DNA of 64,000 bases, taken from NCBI GenBank assembly GCA_965217775.1, contig CBDCJH010000002.1, positions 3,168,001 through 3,232,000 on the forward strand, read 5' to 3'. The translations under genes were made by a program, and so were the position numbers. The notes under the pieces were generated by a model. The model did no database searches. It was not told where the DNA came from and worked only from the letters and a program-made list of their open reading frames with translations. Shown here one piece after another: positions 40,239 through 49,113 of this stretch; position 1 is the stretch's first letter; each line of letters opens with the position of its first letter. The DNA is from Acidobacteriota bacterium (lineage in GTDB: Bacteria; Acidobacteriota; UBA6911; RPQK01; JAJDTT01).

Positions 40239-41579
40239 ATGACGAGCACTAAGACTGAACTTCTGACGCGGGACCGAGCCCATCTGATCCATCCCCTGCA
40301 CGACCGCAACCTCCAGGAGCAGGGGCATGTCTGGATCAAGGGGGATGGGGCGGTTCTCACCGACGCCGACGGCCGGGAATACATCGACGGCCTGGCCGGG
40401 TTGTGGAACGTGGTCGCGGGTCACGGGCGGAGGGAATTGGCTCATGCCGCCTCGGGACAGATGGAGCAACTGGGTTACTGCTCAGGCTACGCCGGCAGCT
40501 CCAACCCGCCGGCCATCCGGCTGGCCCAGCGGATCTCGGATCTCACCTACCCGAGCATTTCCCGATTCTTCTTCACCTCCGGCGGCGGCGAGTCCACCGA
40601 GAGCTGCGTCAAGACGGCCCGTTACTACTGGAAGCTCCTGGGATATCCGCACAAGACCAAGGTGATCTCCCGGCAGTGGGGGTACCACGGGGTCACGCTG
40701 GCCGCCATGAGCGCCACCGGGATCACCGCCTATTGGCCCATGTTCGAGCCCCGCGTGCCCGGCTTCCTCCATATCCCGTCCCCCTATCCCTACCGCTATG
40801 AGGCCCCGTCCGGCGCCGACCCCGCCGTGGCCGCGGCCGATGAGCTGGAGCAGGCCATCCTCCGGGAGGGTCCGGACACGGTGGCCATGTTCCTGGCCGA
40901 ACCGGTCCAGGGCGCCGGCGGCGTCATCGTGCCGCCCGACGGCTATTTTCAGCGCATCCGGGAAATCTGCGACCAGTACGAAGTGCTTCTGGTCTCCGAC
41001 GAGGTGATCACCGGCTTCGGGCGGACCGGGCGCATGTTCGGCCTGGAGCACTGGGGCATCGAGCCGGACATGATCCAGTTCGCCAAGGCCGTGACCTCCG
41101 GTTACTTTCCTCTGGGAGGGATCGGCGTCAACGAGCGTATCGCCCAGGTCATGGACGAGGGCAAGGCGACCTGGATGCACGCCTACACCTACAGCGCCCA
41201 TCCCGTCGGCTGCGCCGTCGCTCTGGCCAACCTGGACATCATCGAGGGAGAGGACTTCCCGTCCCAGGCCGCCGAGAAGGGGCGCTACCTGCTGGACGGA
41301 CTCCAGTCGGCTCTGGGAGACCATCCCCACGTAGGAGAGGTCCGCGGGCTGGGTCTCATGATCGGAATCGAACTGGTCCAGGACAAGGAAACCAAAGCCG
41401 AGTTCCCCGCCGCCGAGAAGGTTGGGATAAGGATTCACCAGGCGGCCCAGGAGCGGGGGCTCTTCAGCCGCCTGAGGCAGGACGTCTTCTGCCTGGCGCC
41501 GCCCGTCATCATCAGCCGGTCTCAGATCGATCGTGTGGTCGAGATCATGACCGAGTCCGTGGGCGAGGTCCTGGGTTAG
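40239..41579 (+). CDS. Class III PLP-dependent aminotransferase
   Basis: YIDGLAGLWNV..GHG, EPVQGAGG, DEVITGFGRTG, PD..FAKAVTSGY. Confidence 0.92.
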   Translation: MTSTKTELLTRDRAHLIHPLHDRNLQEQGHVWIKGDGAVLTDADGREYIDGLAGLWNVVAGHGRRELAHAASGQMEQLGYCSGYAGSSNPPAIRLAQRISDLTYPSISRFFFTSGGGESTESCVKTARYYWKLLGYPHKTKVISRQWGYHGVTLAAMSATGITAYWPMFEPRVPGFLHIPSPYPYRYEAPSGADPAVAAADELEQAILREGPDTVAMFLAEPVQGAGGVIVPPDGYFQRIREICDQYEVLLVSDEVITGFGRTGRMFGLEHWGIEPDMIQFAKAVTSGYFPLGGIGVNERIAQVMDEGKATWMHAYTYSAHPVGCAVALANLDIIEGEDFPSQAAEKGRYLLDGLQSALGDHPHVGEVRGLGLMIGIELVQDKETKAEFPAAEKVGIRIHQAAQERGLFSRLRQDVFCLAPPVIISRSQIDRVVEIMTESVGEVLG

Positions 41580-41611
41580 CCGACCTCCGACCTCATCTCC
41601 AGGAGGAAACC

Positions 41612-42895
41612 ATGAGAAGTGTCCTCGTGTGCCTTTTGCTGCTCTTTCCCCTGACCTGCCGGGCCGAGAACCGCCTCTTTGTGCTTCAGGGGGAAGAAGC
41701 CATCCTGGAGGTCGAAATCGACGACGAAGGAAACGCCCAGCGGGTCCGGACATATCGGGACCGTGACCTGCCCGGCGCCTTCCCGGCGCAGTCGCTGGAA
41801 ATGCGGGACGGAAACATCCTGGTCACTTACGACGGCCAAAAGCGGCAGACGGCTCGGCTTCTGTATCGCCGTTCACACAGTCTGACGAAATACGACGGCG
41901 GGCCGGGACAGGCCACCGATCCCGAGGGCCGGCGGCTGGAGAAGGCCGATACGGAGCAGAACTTCCGCCGCGGAAGTCGACTGTACGCCGAGACCGGCGG
42001 CAGTCATTACAGGGACCGTCAGCTTCTCGCCCAGGTGCAAGGGGTTGCCGGGAACCGCTACCGAGACGTCTTCGTCCTGGACGCCGCCGCTTTCGGAGTG
42101 GCTGCGGACCGGATCGACCTGCTCTCCGGGGTCGACGCGGGCACCCTCGAGGCAACGGAAGCGCTGGCCCTGCCGGGCAGCCGTTTGACGGCAGCCACCG
42201 TGAGCCCGTGGGGAGAGGTCTTCGTCTCCGACGACTCCCAACCCACGATTCATCGGCTTCAACTCGAGGACGGCACTCTGGTTGCCAATGGGACATTGAC
42301 CCACCCCGGCCTCCGGGTTCCCCGCGGACTGGAGTTCACCCGGGACGGGGAGCTGCTGGTGGCCAACGCGGGACCCGGACCCGACGGGGTGCTCCGCTTC
42401 GAATTCGTGATGGTCGACTTCGACTGGAGGGCAAAGCCCAAGGGGGGAATCGACCTGGACGGGAAGGGCGCGTCCGATCTGGTTTTGGCCCGGACCGTGG
42501 GCTACGTCCTCTCGGAGAAGCAGACTCCCCTGATCAAGTTGAGCCCGGAGCGGGCGGGAGGCCACTTCGGGATCTCCCAGGTGGGCTTCGTGCTTCCAGC
42601 CAAGAACTCGGAAGCCGCCATCATCGCCCTGGTCCAGTACGAGCCCGGCGGCTACACGCCGGTGCACTACCATCCCGACATGGAGCAGGCGGAGATCGTG
42701 GTCTCGGGCAGAGCCCTCTGGGAGGTGGGCGAGTTCGAGCGGGAGGTCGGCCCCGGAGACGTGATCTTCTGTCCCCGCTACGCCAAGCACGGCTACAAGG
42801 TCCTGGGAGACGAACCCTTCAAGTTCTTCCAGTTGGAGTGGCGGAACCTGGGCAACCGGTACCAGCCCGCGGACAAGACCATTCAGAATCGGTGA
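41612..42895 (+). CDS. Secreted protein with beta-propeller-like N-part and C-terminal cupin domain
   Basis: Signal peptide; PRGLEFTRDGELLVAN; cupin PGG..PVHYH..EQAE..VSG..VGPGDVIFCP...HGY. Confidence 0.7.
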   Translation: MRSVLVCLLLLFPLTCRAENRLFVLQGEEAILEVEIDDEGNAQRVRTYRDRDLPGAFPAQSLEMRDGNILVTYDGQKRQTARLLYRRSHSLTKYDGGPGQATDPEGRRLEKADTEQNFRRGSRLYAETGGSHYRDRQLLAQVQGVAGNRYRDVFVLDAAAFGVAADRIDLLSGVDAGTLEATEALALPGSRLTAATVSPWGEVFVSDDSQPTIHRLQLEDGTLVANGTLTHPGLRVPRGLEFTRDGELLVANAGPGPDGVLRFEFVMVDFDWRAKPKGGIDLDGKGASDLVLARTVGYVLSEKQTPLIKLSPERAGGHFGISQVGFVLPAKNSEAAIIALVQYEPGGYTPVHYHPDMEQAEIVVSGRALWEVGEFEREVGPGDVIFCPRYAKHGYKVLGDEPFKFFQLEWRNLGNRYQPADKTIQNR

Positions 42896-42921
42896 CGGTC
42901 GCCGGAATCGTCCGTACCCGG

Positions 42922-44130
42922 TCAGTTCTCGAACAGTTGGAGTGGAAGCGAGGTCAGCATCTCGCAACCGGTGGCGGTGACCCGCACCGAGGCACTGGCC
43001 CCGCAGCCGAACTCGCCGGGAATGAGGACGCCGGCCACCAGGTGGAAGGTCATGTTCTCCTGGAGGCGCCGCTTTTCCCCTTGGCGAATGCTGATGATCT
43101 GGCCCTCACCCCAGTCGGGGGGATAGTTGATGCCGATGGAATAGCCCAGCCGGCTCACGTGCCACTTGCCGAACCCCGCCTTGGCGATGACGTCTCGTCC
43201 GATCTGGTCCACCTCTTCGGAGACGGCTCCCGGCCGAATGGCGTCGATCACTTCCCGGATGGCCTGGTTCTGGGCATCCGAGAGCCGGCGCAACCTGGGA
43301 TTCACCCGGCCCACGGTGGCGACCCGAAAAATCGCACCGCAGTAGCGACGCTTGGAGGCCGCGATTTCGAAACAGCAATGGTCGTCCTCCTCCAGCCGGC
43401 GGCCCCGCCAAGTGGCGTGGCAGGCGCCGGAACGGGGTCCCGAGACGATGAAGTTGGGCAGACCGGTGTACTCGGCGCCGGCTTCGCACCATTCCTTGTA
43501 GACCGCCGCCGCGATCCGGTCCTCGGTCGTGCCCGGCTGGGTGGCCCGGATCCCCGCCAGACAGGCCCGGTCGGCAATGGCCACGGCCTGACGGATCACC
43601 TCCACTTCCTCGGCGGACTTGATCATCCGCGCCTCCTCGATGACGCTGGAGCAGTCGGCCAGCGTGGCATGAGGCAACGCACCGGCAAGGGCCTGATGCT
43701 CGTTGACCGTCAGGAACCAGCTTTCCGATTCGATTCCAAGTCGCTTCCGGGCCAGACCCAGACGGGAAAGGGTGCGGATGGTGACCTCCACCGGCACCTC
43801 GTCGTCTTCCACCGGCGCCACCTCGGTCAACCAGGAGAATTCGGGGACGTTCGTCCCCACCTCCAACCGCCGGCCCACCAGGACCGGCGACTCTCCCGGG
43901 ACCAGGATCAGGCAGTGGTAGCCATAGTAGCCGGGGGTCTCGTAGCCGGTGAGGTAGGTGATGTTCTCCGGGCCTCGGACCAATAAGGCATCGACGCCCG
44001 CCTTGCGGATGCCGTCCATCACCAGCCGGTAGCGGCGCAAGTATTCGTCCTGGCTGAAACTCAACCCGGGATGGAGGTTCATCCTGGGATTCGGATCTCG
44101 TCCGGGTGTCATCTTCTCTTCTCGGTTCAC
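42922..44130 (-). CDS. M24 family Xaa-Pro peptidase-like protein (ectoine hydrolase DoeA/EutD-like)
   Basis: FSQDEY..R, ENITYLTGY, RMIKSAEE, HATW, RLGYSIGINYPPDWGE, ENMTFH. Confidence 0.8.
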   Translation of the reverse strand: MNREEKMTPGRDPNPRMNLHPGLSFSQDEYLRRYRLVMDGIRKAGVDALLVRGPENITYLTGYETPGYYGYHCLILVPGESPVLVGRRLEVGTNVPEFSWLTEVAPVEDDEVPVEVTIRTLSRLGLARKRLGIESESWFLTVNEHQALAGALPHATLADCSSVIEEARMIKSAEEVEVIRQAVAIADRACLAGIRATQPGTTEDRIAAAVYKEWCEAGAEYTGLPNFIVSGPRSGACHATWRGRRLEEDDHCCFEIAASKRRYCGAIFRVATVGRVNPRLRRLSDAQNQAIREVIDAIRPGAVSEEVDQIGRDVIAKAGFGKWHVSRLGYSIGINYPPDWGEGQIISIRQGEKRRLQENMTFHLVAGVLIPGEFGCGASASVRVTATGCEMLTSLPLQLFEN

Positions 44131-45701
44131 CGTTGCGTCCCGCTACGTCGCGTGCCGGCGACTCTCAACACGGGCCTTTGAATAGCCTCACATTCCCCAT
44201 ACGGTCACCGTGGCCCCACCCGCCGTTTCGTCGCGGCGATAGATCTTGTCTTCCCATGACCTCCCCTCGGAGCGGTCGAAGATCACGAGGTGTCCCTCCG
44301 ATGCGGCGCAGCGTTCCATGTAGGCGCGCGTTTGCGCCAAGCCTTCGCGAAGCGTTGCATCGAGGCCCCGATGCAGCACTTTGCATTCGACGACCACCTT
44401 CTGCATCTGCCGGTCCGTTCCGGATTGCGCCTCGCTGGCGCGCCCTGCAACTGGTGACAGGATCAACAGATCCGTCCGCCTCCGGCCCAGGCCGTACTCG
44501 CGCTCGATCCGCCCGCCGCTGTTGACGATGCGCTGCAGGAACGCTTGCAACAAAAGTTGTGGGCCAGCCTCCTTGTACTGGAAGCGCTCCACCCAGTGCT
44601 CCGAGTGCTCCCGGAAGAACTCCTGGAACGCGGCCATCAGCTTGACGGACCGCAACGCCCCGTTCTCATCGACGTACCACGCCGGATCGTGATGGATCGA
44701 CATCTCCTGAGTGGTATAGGTGAGACCGCGCGGGATCACTTCGCGGTAGATGGGATTGGCGATGGCCACGGGGCCGGTTCGCGTCACCAGGCCCAGGTCG
44801 CGCACATACGCCAGATCGTCGGCTGGGATCGGGTCAACCGCGCCGGACCCCTTCAGCAGCGGCTCGACGACCCGGCGCACCCGCTCCTCCTGCAGCTTGT
44901 CGGTGAGCTGGTCCAGATGGGTCTCGCGACGCAGGATCAATTGCTCGCGCGCGTCCTGGATGGCGTCGCCGGTGATCTCCCGGCTACGGTCCCGGCCTTC
45001 CTTGTTGTCGAAACAGGTTTCGTAGGCCAGGGCGTTCACCAGCCAGGGCTGGCCCTGCGTCAACCTCCAGATCTCGTCCCGCCCCTCGTCCGTGAACACT
45101 TGGTCCGTCTCCCCGGTATGTTGTGCCAACAGGGACTCGACCTCGCGTGGCAAGAAATCTCCGAGCCGCAGGGATTCGGCCCGAATGTTGAATGCGCTGC
45201 CACCGGCGACGATGGCGTTTTCGGCCCTGGACCGAATTCGGTAGTCGCGCACGTCGCGAACGCCGCACAGAATCACGCTCTGGGGAAACCGCCGGGGGCG
45301 GTCCGGATAACCGGCCCGGAGCTGACGCAATACCGACAGCAGCGTGTCGCCCATCAGCGCATCGATCTCGTCGATCATGAGCACGAGCGGCTTGGCGTCG
45401 GCTTCGCTCCATCGGGCCAGCGTCTCCCCCAGCGCGTCGTTGGGGCCCGCTGTTGCTAGAATCCCCGGCCAAACTTCAGCCACGAACAGGTCGTCCAGCG
45501 CGTGGCGCGCCGCCCGCGCCAGGGCGCTGAGGATCGCTCGCACACCCTCACGGACATTTTCCCGGGCCGCCGGGCCGCCGGGCCGCCTTCGACGTTGACG
45601 TACACGCACCGGAACTCGCCGCCGAGGTTCAACTCGTCCCTCAGCGCCAGCAGTGCCGAAGTCTTGCCCGTCTGACGCGGCGCGCGCAGGACGAAGTATT
45701 T

Positions 45702-45801
45702 GGGGCTTATATACCTAAGTGCCATTGGCATACAGTTCTGGCACCACGCTTTCCCCAACGAGATACGTTCCGGTACCCAGGGCAAGAACCCCAGCCCTGA
45801 G
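45702..45801 (-). ncRNA. Predicted TnpB omegaRNA scaffold overlapping the tnpB 3' end and right TIR
   Basis: By-eye stems: CTCAGGGC/GCCCTGGG; GGTACC..ACG/CGT..GGTGCC; TGTATGCC/GGTATATA; loop GGGGTT complementary to terminal AGCCCC. Confidence 0.6.
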
Positions 45802-46890
45802 AATGTTCAGGGCGGCATTGTGGTCCCTGTCCATTCTAAGTCCGCAGGCCCTGCACCGGAAGGTTTCGCTCCGCCCTGGATCGTGGCGGGCGCCGCACCG
45901 GTGGCAGTCCTGCGATGTAAATGCGGGATTCACGTCTACGAACTTCCGACCGGCCCATTCTGCCTTGTACTGGATTTGATTCCGCAGAAGCCCCCAGGAT
46001 TGCGTCAGTATTTCTCGATTCAGCCCCTTCTTCTTCGAGCCCTTCGTTACCATCCCTTGGATGTTCAGCTTCTCCACAGCGATCAGACCGTGCTCACGAA
46101 TGATGCTGCTGGAGAGACGATGGCAGGCATTACGGTTTCGGACCGATTCCCGGTGACGGAGCCGAGATAGCTGTACGATCCGCTTCCGTCTGGTCTTGGA
46201 AATCTTCTTGCACCTGGAGACCTTTCTCTGCTGCTTTCGGATCCCCGCCCAGTCCCGTCTATTCCGTTCGATCCTCTCACCCGTGGACAGCACCGCTCGC
46301 TGGCGGACTCCCAGGTCGATCCCCACCGAAGACTCGCATTTCGGCAGCGGCAGCTTCTCCACCTCGTACGTCAGGTCCACGGACACCCGGTTCGGCTTGC
46401 GGACGATCCGCAACGCCTTCAACGGGCATCCGTTCGGCAACGGCCGGGACGGAAAGATCCGGATCGTCGGAAAGCCCTTGGGCCGGATGGCGTAGCCCCG
46501 AGCCCGCTTCTTCACCAGGGTCGCCTTGGGGTCGACGACGTCCATGGTCTCCATCCTCGCCAGGGGCCGGAACCGAGGATACCCCGGCTTCTCCCCCGCC
46601 TTGCATCGACGGAAGAACGCCTGGAAGGCCCGATCCAATCGAACCAGCATCCCACGCTCCGCCTTGACCGCCACTGACCCGAGCCCCTCCGGATCTTCCT
46701 TCCTCATGGAGGTCAACCCCTTCATCTGATCGTACAGGGTCACACCGCGCTGCTCGGACTCCCATGCCATCCTCCGTTCCTCCAGTGCCGCGTTGTACAG
46801 CCGATTCAGGATGGACCTCACCCAGTCCAACCGCCGGATTCCACCCTTGGACAGCTTGGCTCTGCACTGGATAGTTGCGTGGCCTTTCAT
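45715..46890 (-). CDS. tnpB: RNA-guided endonuclease TnpB
   Basis: LYNAALEER, RLDRAFQAFFRR..GEKPGYPRF, RuvC-I VGIDLG, RuvC-II IAVEKL, YKAEWAG, TSQDCHRCG..CRACG zinc finger, RuvC-III DRDHNAALNI. Confidence 0.96.
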   Translation of the reverse strand: MKGHATIQCRAKLSKGGIRRLDWVRSILNRLYNAALEERRMAWESEQRGVTLYDQMKGLTSMRKEDPEGLGSVAVKAERGMLVRLDRAFQAFFRRCKAGEKPGYPRFRPLARMETMDVVDPKATLVKKRARGYAIRPKGFPTIRIFPSRPLPNGCPLKALRIVRKPNRVSVDLTYEVEKLPLPKCESSVGIDLGVRQRAVLSTGERIERNRRDWAGIRKQQRKVSRCKKISKTRRKRIVQLSRLRHRESVRNRNACHRLSSSIIREHGLIAVEKLNIQGMVTKGSKKKGLNREILTQSWGLLRNQIQYKAEWAGRKFVDVNPAFTSQDCHRCGARHDPGRSETFRCRACGLRMDRDHNAALNILRAGVLALGTGTYLVGESVVPELYANGT

Positions 46891-47199
46891 GGTAGGACTT
46901 GTAAACCATCAGCCTGAATTCTCGGCACTTAGGCATATAATCCCCAAGTATTTCCACTGCCGGATGAGCATCAGGAAATCGTCGACGTCGAGCCGCTCCA
47001 GGGGCGGGATACTGTAGTGCATTTCCGGGTTCACCGGGCCGGCGGTGTTGAAGAAACGCATAGTTTGAGTATCGCACGTTGTCTCGGGTCACGCAGTGCA
47101 CCGAGAGGAGGGGCGTCCTCGGAACAAGACGCGGCATCGCCTCAAGACGCTGTAGACAGCAGGGTCGGAAGAACTGAGACGTGAACCGGTACGAGCAGT

Positions 47200-49047
47200 T
47201 CAGCCCGACGGGAGTGCGTACCCCAGGGCATGGGCGGCTCGCCGAAAGGCGGTTTCGGATCTTGCGGGAACGACGAGCCCGCGCGGACCGGCGCGCACGC
47301 AGTACCTGGCCGCCCGCCGGTCGGCGGCAATCCGTTCGGCGATCTCCTTGTCCGCGCACTCGATCATCAGGGCCGGGCCCTTCCGCTTCAGGGCGCGCCC
47401 GCCGAGCTCGACGCTTCGGATGAAGCCTTCGACCTTCTGCGGCAGCGGCTGATCGTCACGCGCGTCAAGAAATTCCCTCAACTGCGCCACGTCCTGACCG
47501 CTCTCGACGGCCGTGAGAGCGCGCGTGAGATCCAGTCGCCAGACCCCGTCGGACTCGACCCGGGCATAGGTCTCCAGCACCACGAGTTCCTCGGGCGGCA
47601 GCGGTGCCGCCGATTCGACCCGCAGGTCGGTATACAGAGTCAGAGCGGTTCGAATCGGCGGACTGCCCGGCTCGTATTCGTCCGTCTGGCCGACACAATA
47701 GGCGCCCAAGGGATTGAGCCGGAAATACTCCAGACCGTCGTAACGGCTCAGGAATTCCAGATCGTCCGCACCCCACATGTGCCGGAAGTCCCGCCGTGCC
47801 CCGTGCGGGTCGGTGAACGCGACGTCCACCAAACCCAGGGTGGCCACGTACTCGAGCAACAAGCACAGGACATAGCGTCCCTGGAGCAGACTCCACTCGT
47901 GATTGCCGGCAAAGCCGAAGCTGCCGTGCCGCATCTCAACGAGGTAGAGGCGCCACGGATCCCGCGTGACACTGACGTCCAGTTCCGCCGCCTCCATGAA
48001 GCGGAAGAATTCGTCCACCTGCACCCACCCCCCCACGGGACACTCGGCGAGCGCCTCGTCGATCATGGGCCGGCGATTCCGCACGGCCGTCATCGTCCGT
48101 TTGCCCCGCCCCCGGTGCTGGCCCTTGATGTCCTCCATGCGGCTGAACTCATCCAACAACGTGCTCTTCAGCCACCACTGCCAGATCCGCCGCAGCGTCT
48201 CAGCGGGCGGGGTCGTGAAGGCCGCGCGCCCGGCCTTGGTCAACACCAGCTTGGAGCCGCGCCGTTGGACCAGCTTGCCGGCCTGCACCAGCCAGGGCCA
48301 AGCGAATGCCCGGATGGAGCCGATCGTCTGTTCCCAGCGCTTCCTCTTCTCGTTCGGGTCGAAGAAATCGCCGCCGTGCAGCACCTCCGCGATGCGGCGC
48401 ACGGAAACCGCCGACGCGCGCCGGGTCTTCACGCTGACGGAGATCTTGCCTTGATCGACCAGACGCAGCACTGCGAACAGGTCGTAAGCCGCAGGCTGCT
48501 CCATGTCGCGCCGAGTCAGGCGTACTCTGTCGAATTGCGGTTTCTGACCCTTGGGAACGAAGGCGATCCGGCGCCGATCGACGAATTCCGGAACTTCATC
48601 CACGGCAGAGACGGTCGGTTCCTCCGGCTCGGGCACGAACTCCAGGAGCTGATTTTCGAGGTCTCTGGGGATGGTCGTCGGTGCAAAATACCGGTAGCCG
48701 TCCGCAGGGTAGAGAAACAGGTGCAACAGGGTAGGCTCAATGGTATCGCCTTTGTCGATGCGCTTCGGCAACACTCCGTACTTGGCGCGAAACCGTTTGG
48801 CCTCGAATCGGCCCTCCAGGCCATAGAGCGCTTCCTTCACCGCCAACTGCTGAGTCTTGTCAAGCCGCTCCCACAGTTCTCGCAACGGCCTGCCAGTCAG
48901 ACGGAGCGAGATGGCCTCCACCATGTCCGCCTTCAGTCTCGGCCGCGGCTTGGGGATGGACAGCAGATTCATCATCGGTTTGAGGGTCGGAACCGACAGG
49001 GCCGACAGGGCCTTCTTCAGGGTGGCGGACGGTAGTTTGATTCTCAT
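47200..49047 (-). CDS. Helicase-associated domain protein (XPB/Ssl2-N, Helicase_C_3-like C-terminus), paralog 1
   Basis: AFAWPWLVQAG, LLEYVATLGLVDVA, FLSRYDGLEYFRLNPLG, VWRLD..PLPQKV; no ATPase motifs seen. Confidence 0.65.
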   Translation of the reverse strand: MRIKLPSATLKKALSALSVPTLKPMMNLLSIPKPRPRLKADMVEAISLRLTGRPLRELWERLDKTQQLAVKEALYGLEGRFEAKRFRAKYGVLPKRIDKGDTIEPTLLHLFLYPADGYRYFAPTTIPRDLENQLLEFVPEPEEPTVSAVDEVPEFVDRRRIAFVPKGQKPQFDRVRLTRRDMEQPAAYDLFAVLRLVDQGKISVSVKTRRASAVSVRRIAEVLHGGDFFDPNEKRKRWEQTIGSIRAFAWPWLVQAGKLVQRRGSKLVLTKAGRAAFTTPPAETLRRIWQWWLKSTLLDEFSRMEDIKGQHRGRGKRTMTAVRNRRPMIDEALAECPVGGWVQVDEFFRFMEAAELDVSVTRDPWRLYLVEMRHGSFGFAGNHEWSLLQGRYVLCLLLEYVATLGLVDVAFTDPHGARRDFRHMWGADDLEFLSRYDGLEYFRLNPLGAYCVGQTDEYEPGSPPIRTALTLYTDLRVESAAPLPPEELVVLETYARVESDGVWRLDLTRALTAVESGQDVAQLREFLDARDDQPLPQKVEGFIRSVELGGRALKRKGPALMIECADKEIAERIAADRRAARYCVRAGPRGLVVPARSETAFRRAAHALGYALPSG

Positions 49048-49113
49048 TGCTCAGGGTCTCCGAGATCGATGGCTCCCCGGCCTCAGGACGCATCGCGTTC
49101 AACCGCGAGAACT

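Larger units (their letters stand above)
45702..46945 (-). mobile_element. 1244-bp non-autonomous TIR element carrying only tnpB; IS1595-like ends
   Basis: TIRs 45702..45723 GGGGCTTATATACCTAAGTGCC and 46924..46945 (revcomp GGGGATTATATGCCTAAGTGCC), 20/22 identical; 8-bp direct repeat AAGTATTT at 45694..45701 and 46946..46953. Confidence 0.92.
44188..47061 (-). pseudogene. AAA-like ATPase with C-terminal PD-(D/E)XK-like domain, disrupted by the TnpB element and an 8-bp duplication
   Basis: Removing the insert and one TSD copy gives MRFFNTAGPV..IRQWKYFVLRAPRQTGKTS; then LMIDEID, GGSAFNI, QRIVNSGGRIEREY..RTDL..VVECK. Confidence 0.9.

Noticed and set aside
45715-46890. Ordinary IS605/IS1341 or IS607 element
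   Set aside because: No TnpA or serine recombinase, and the boundaries are defined by TIRs plus an 8-bp TSD, which those families do not make
45715-46890. Cas12f/type V CRISPR effector
   Set aside because: No repeat-spacer array or cas genes nearby; the element ends 13 bp after the stop
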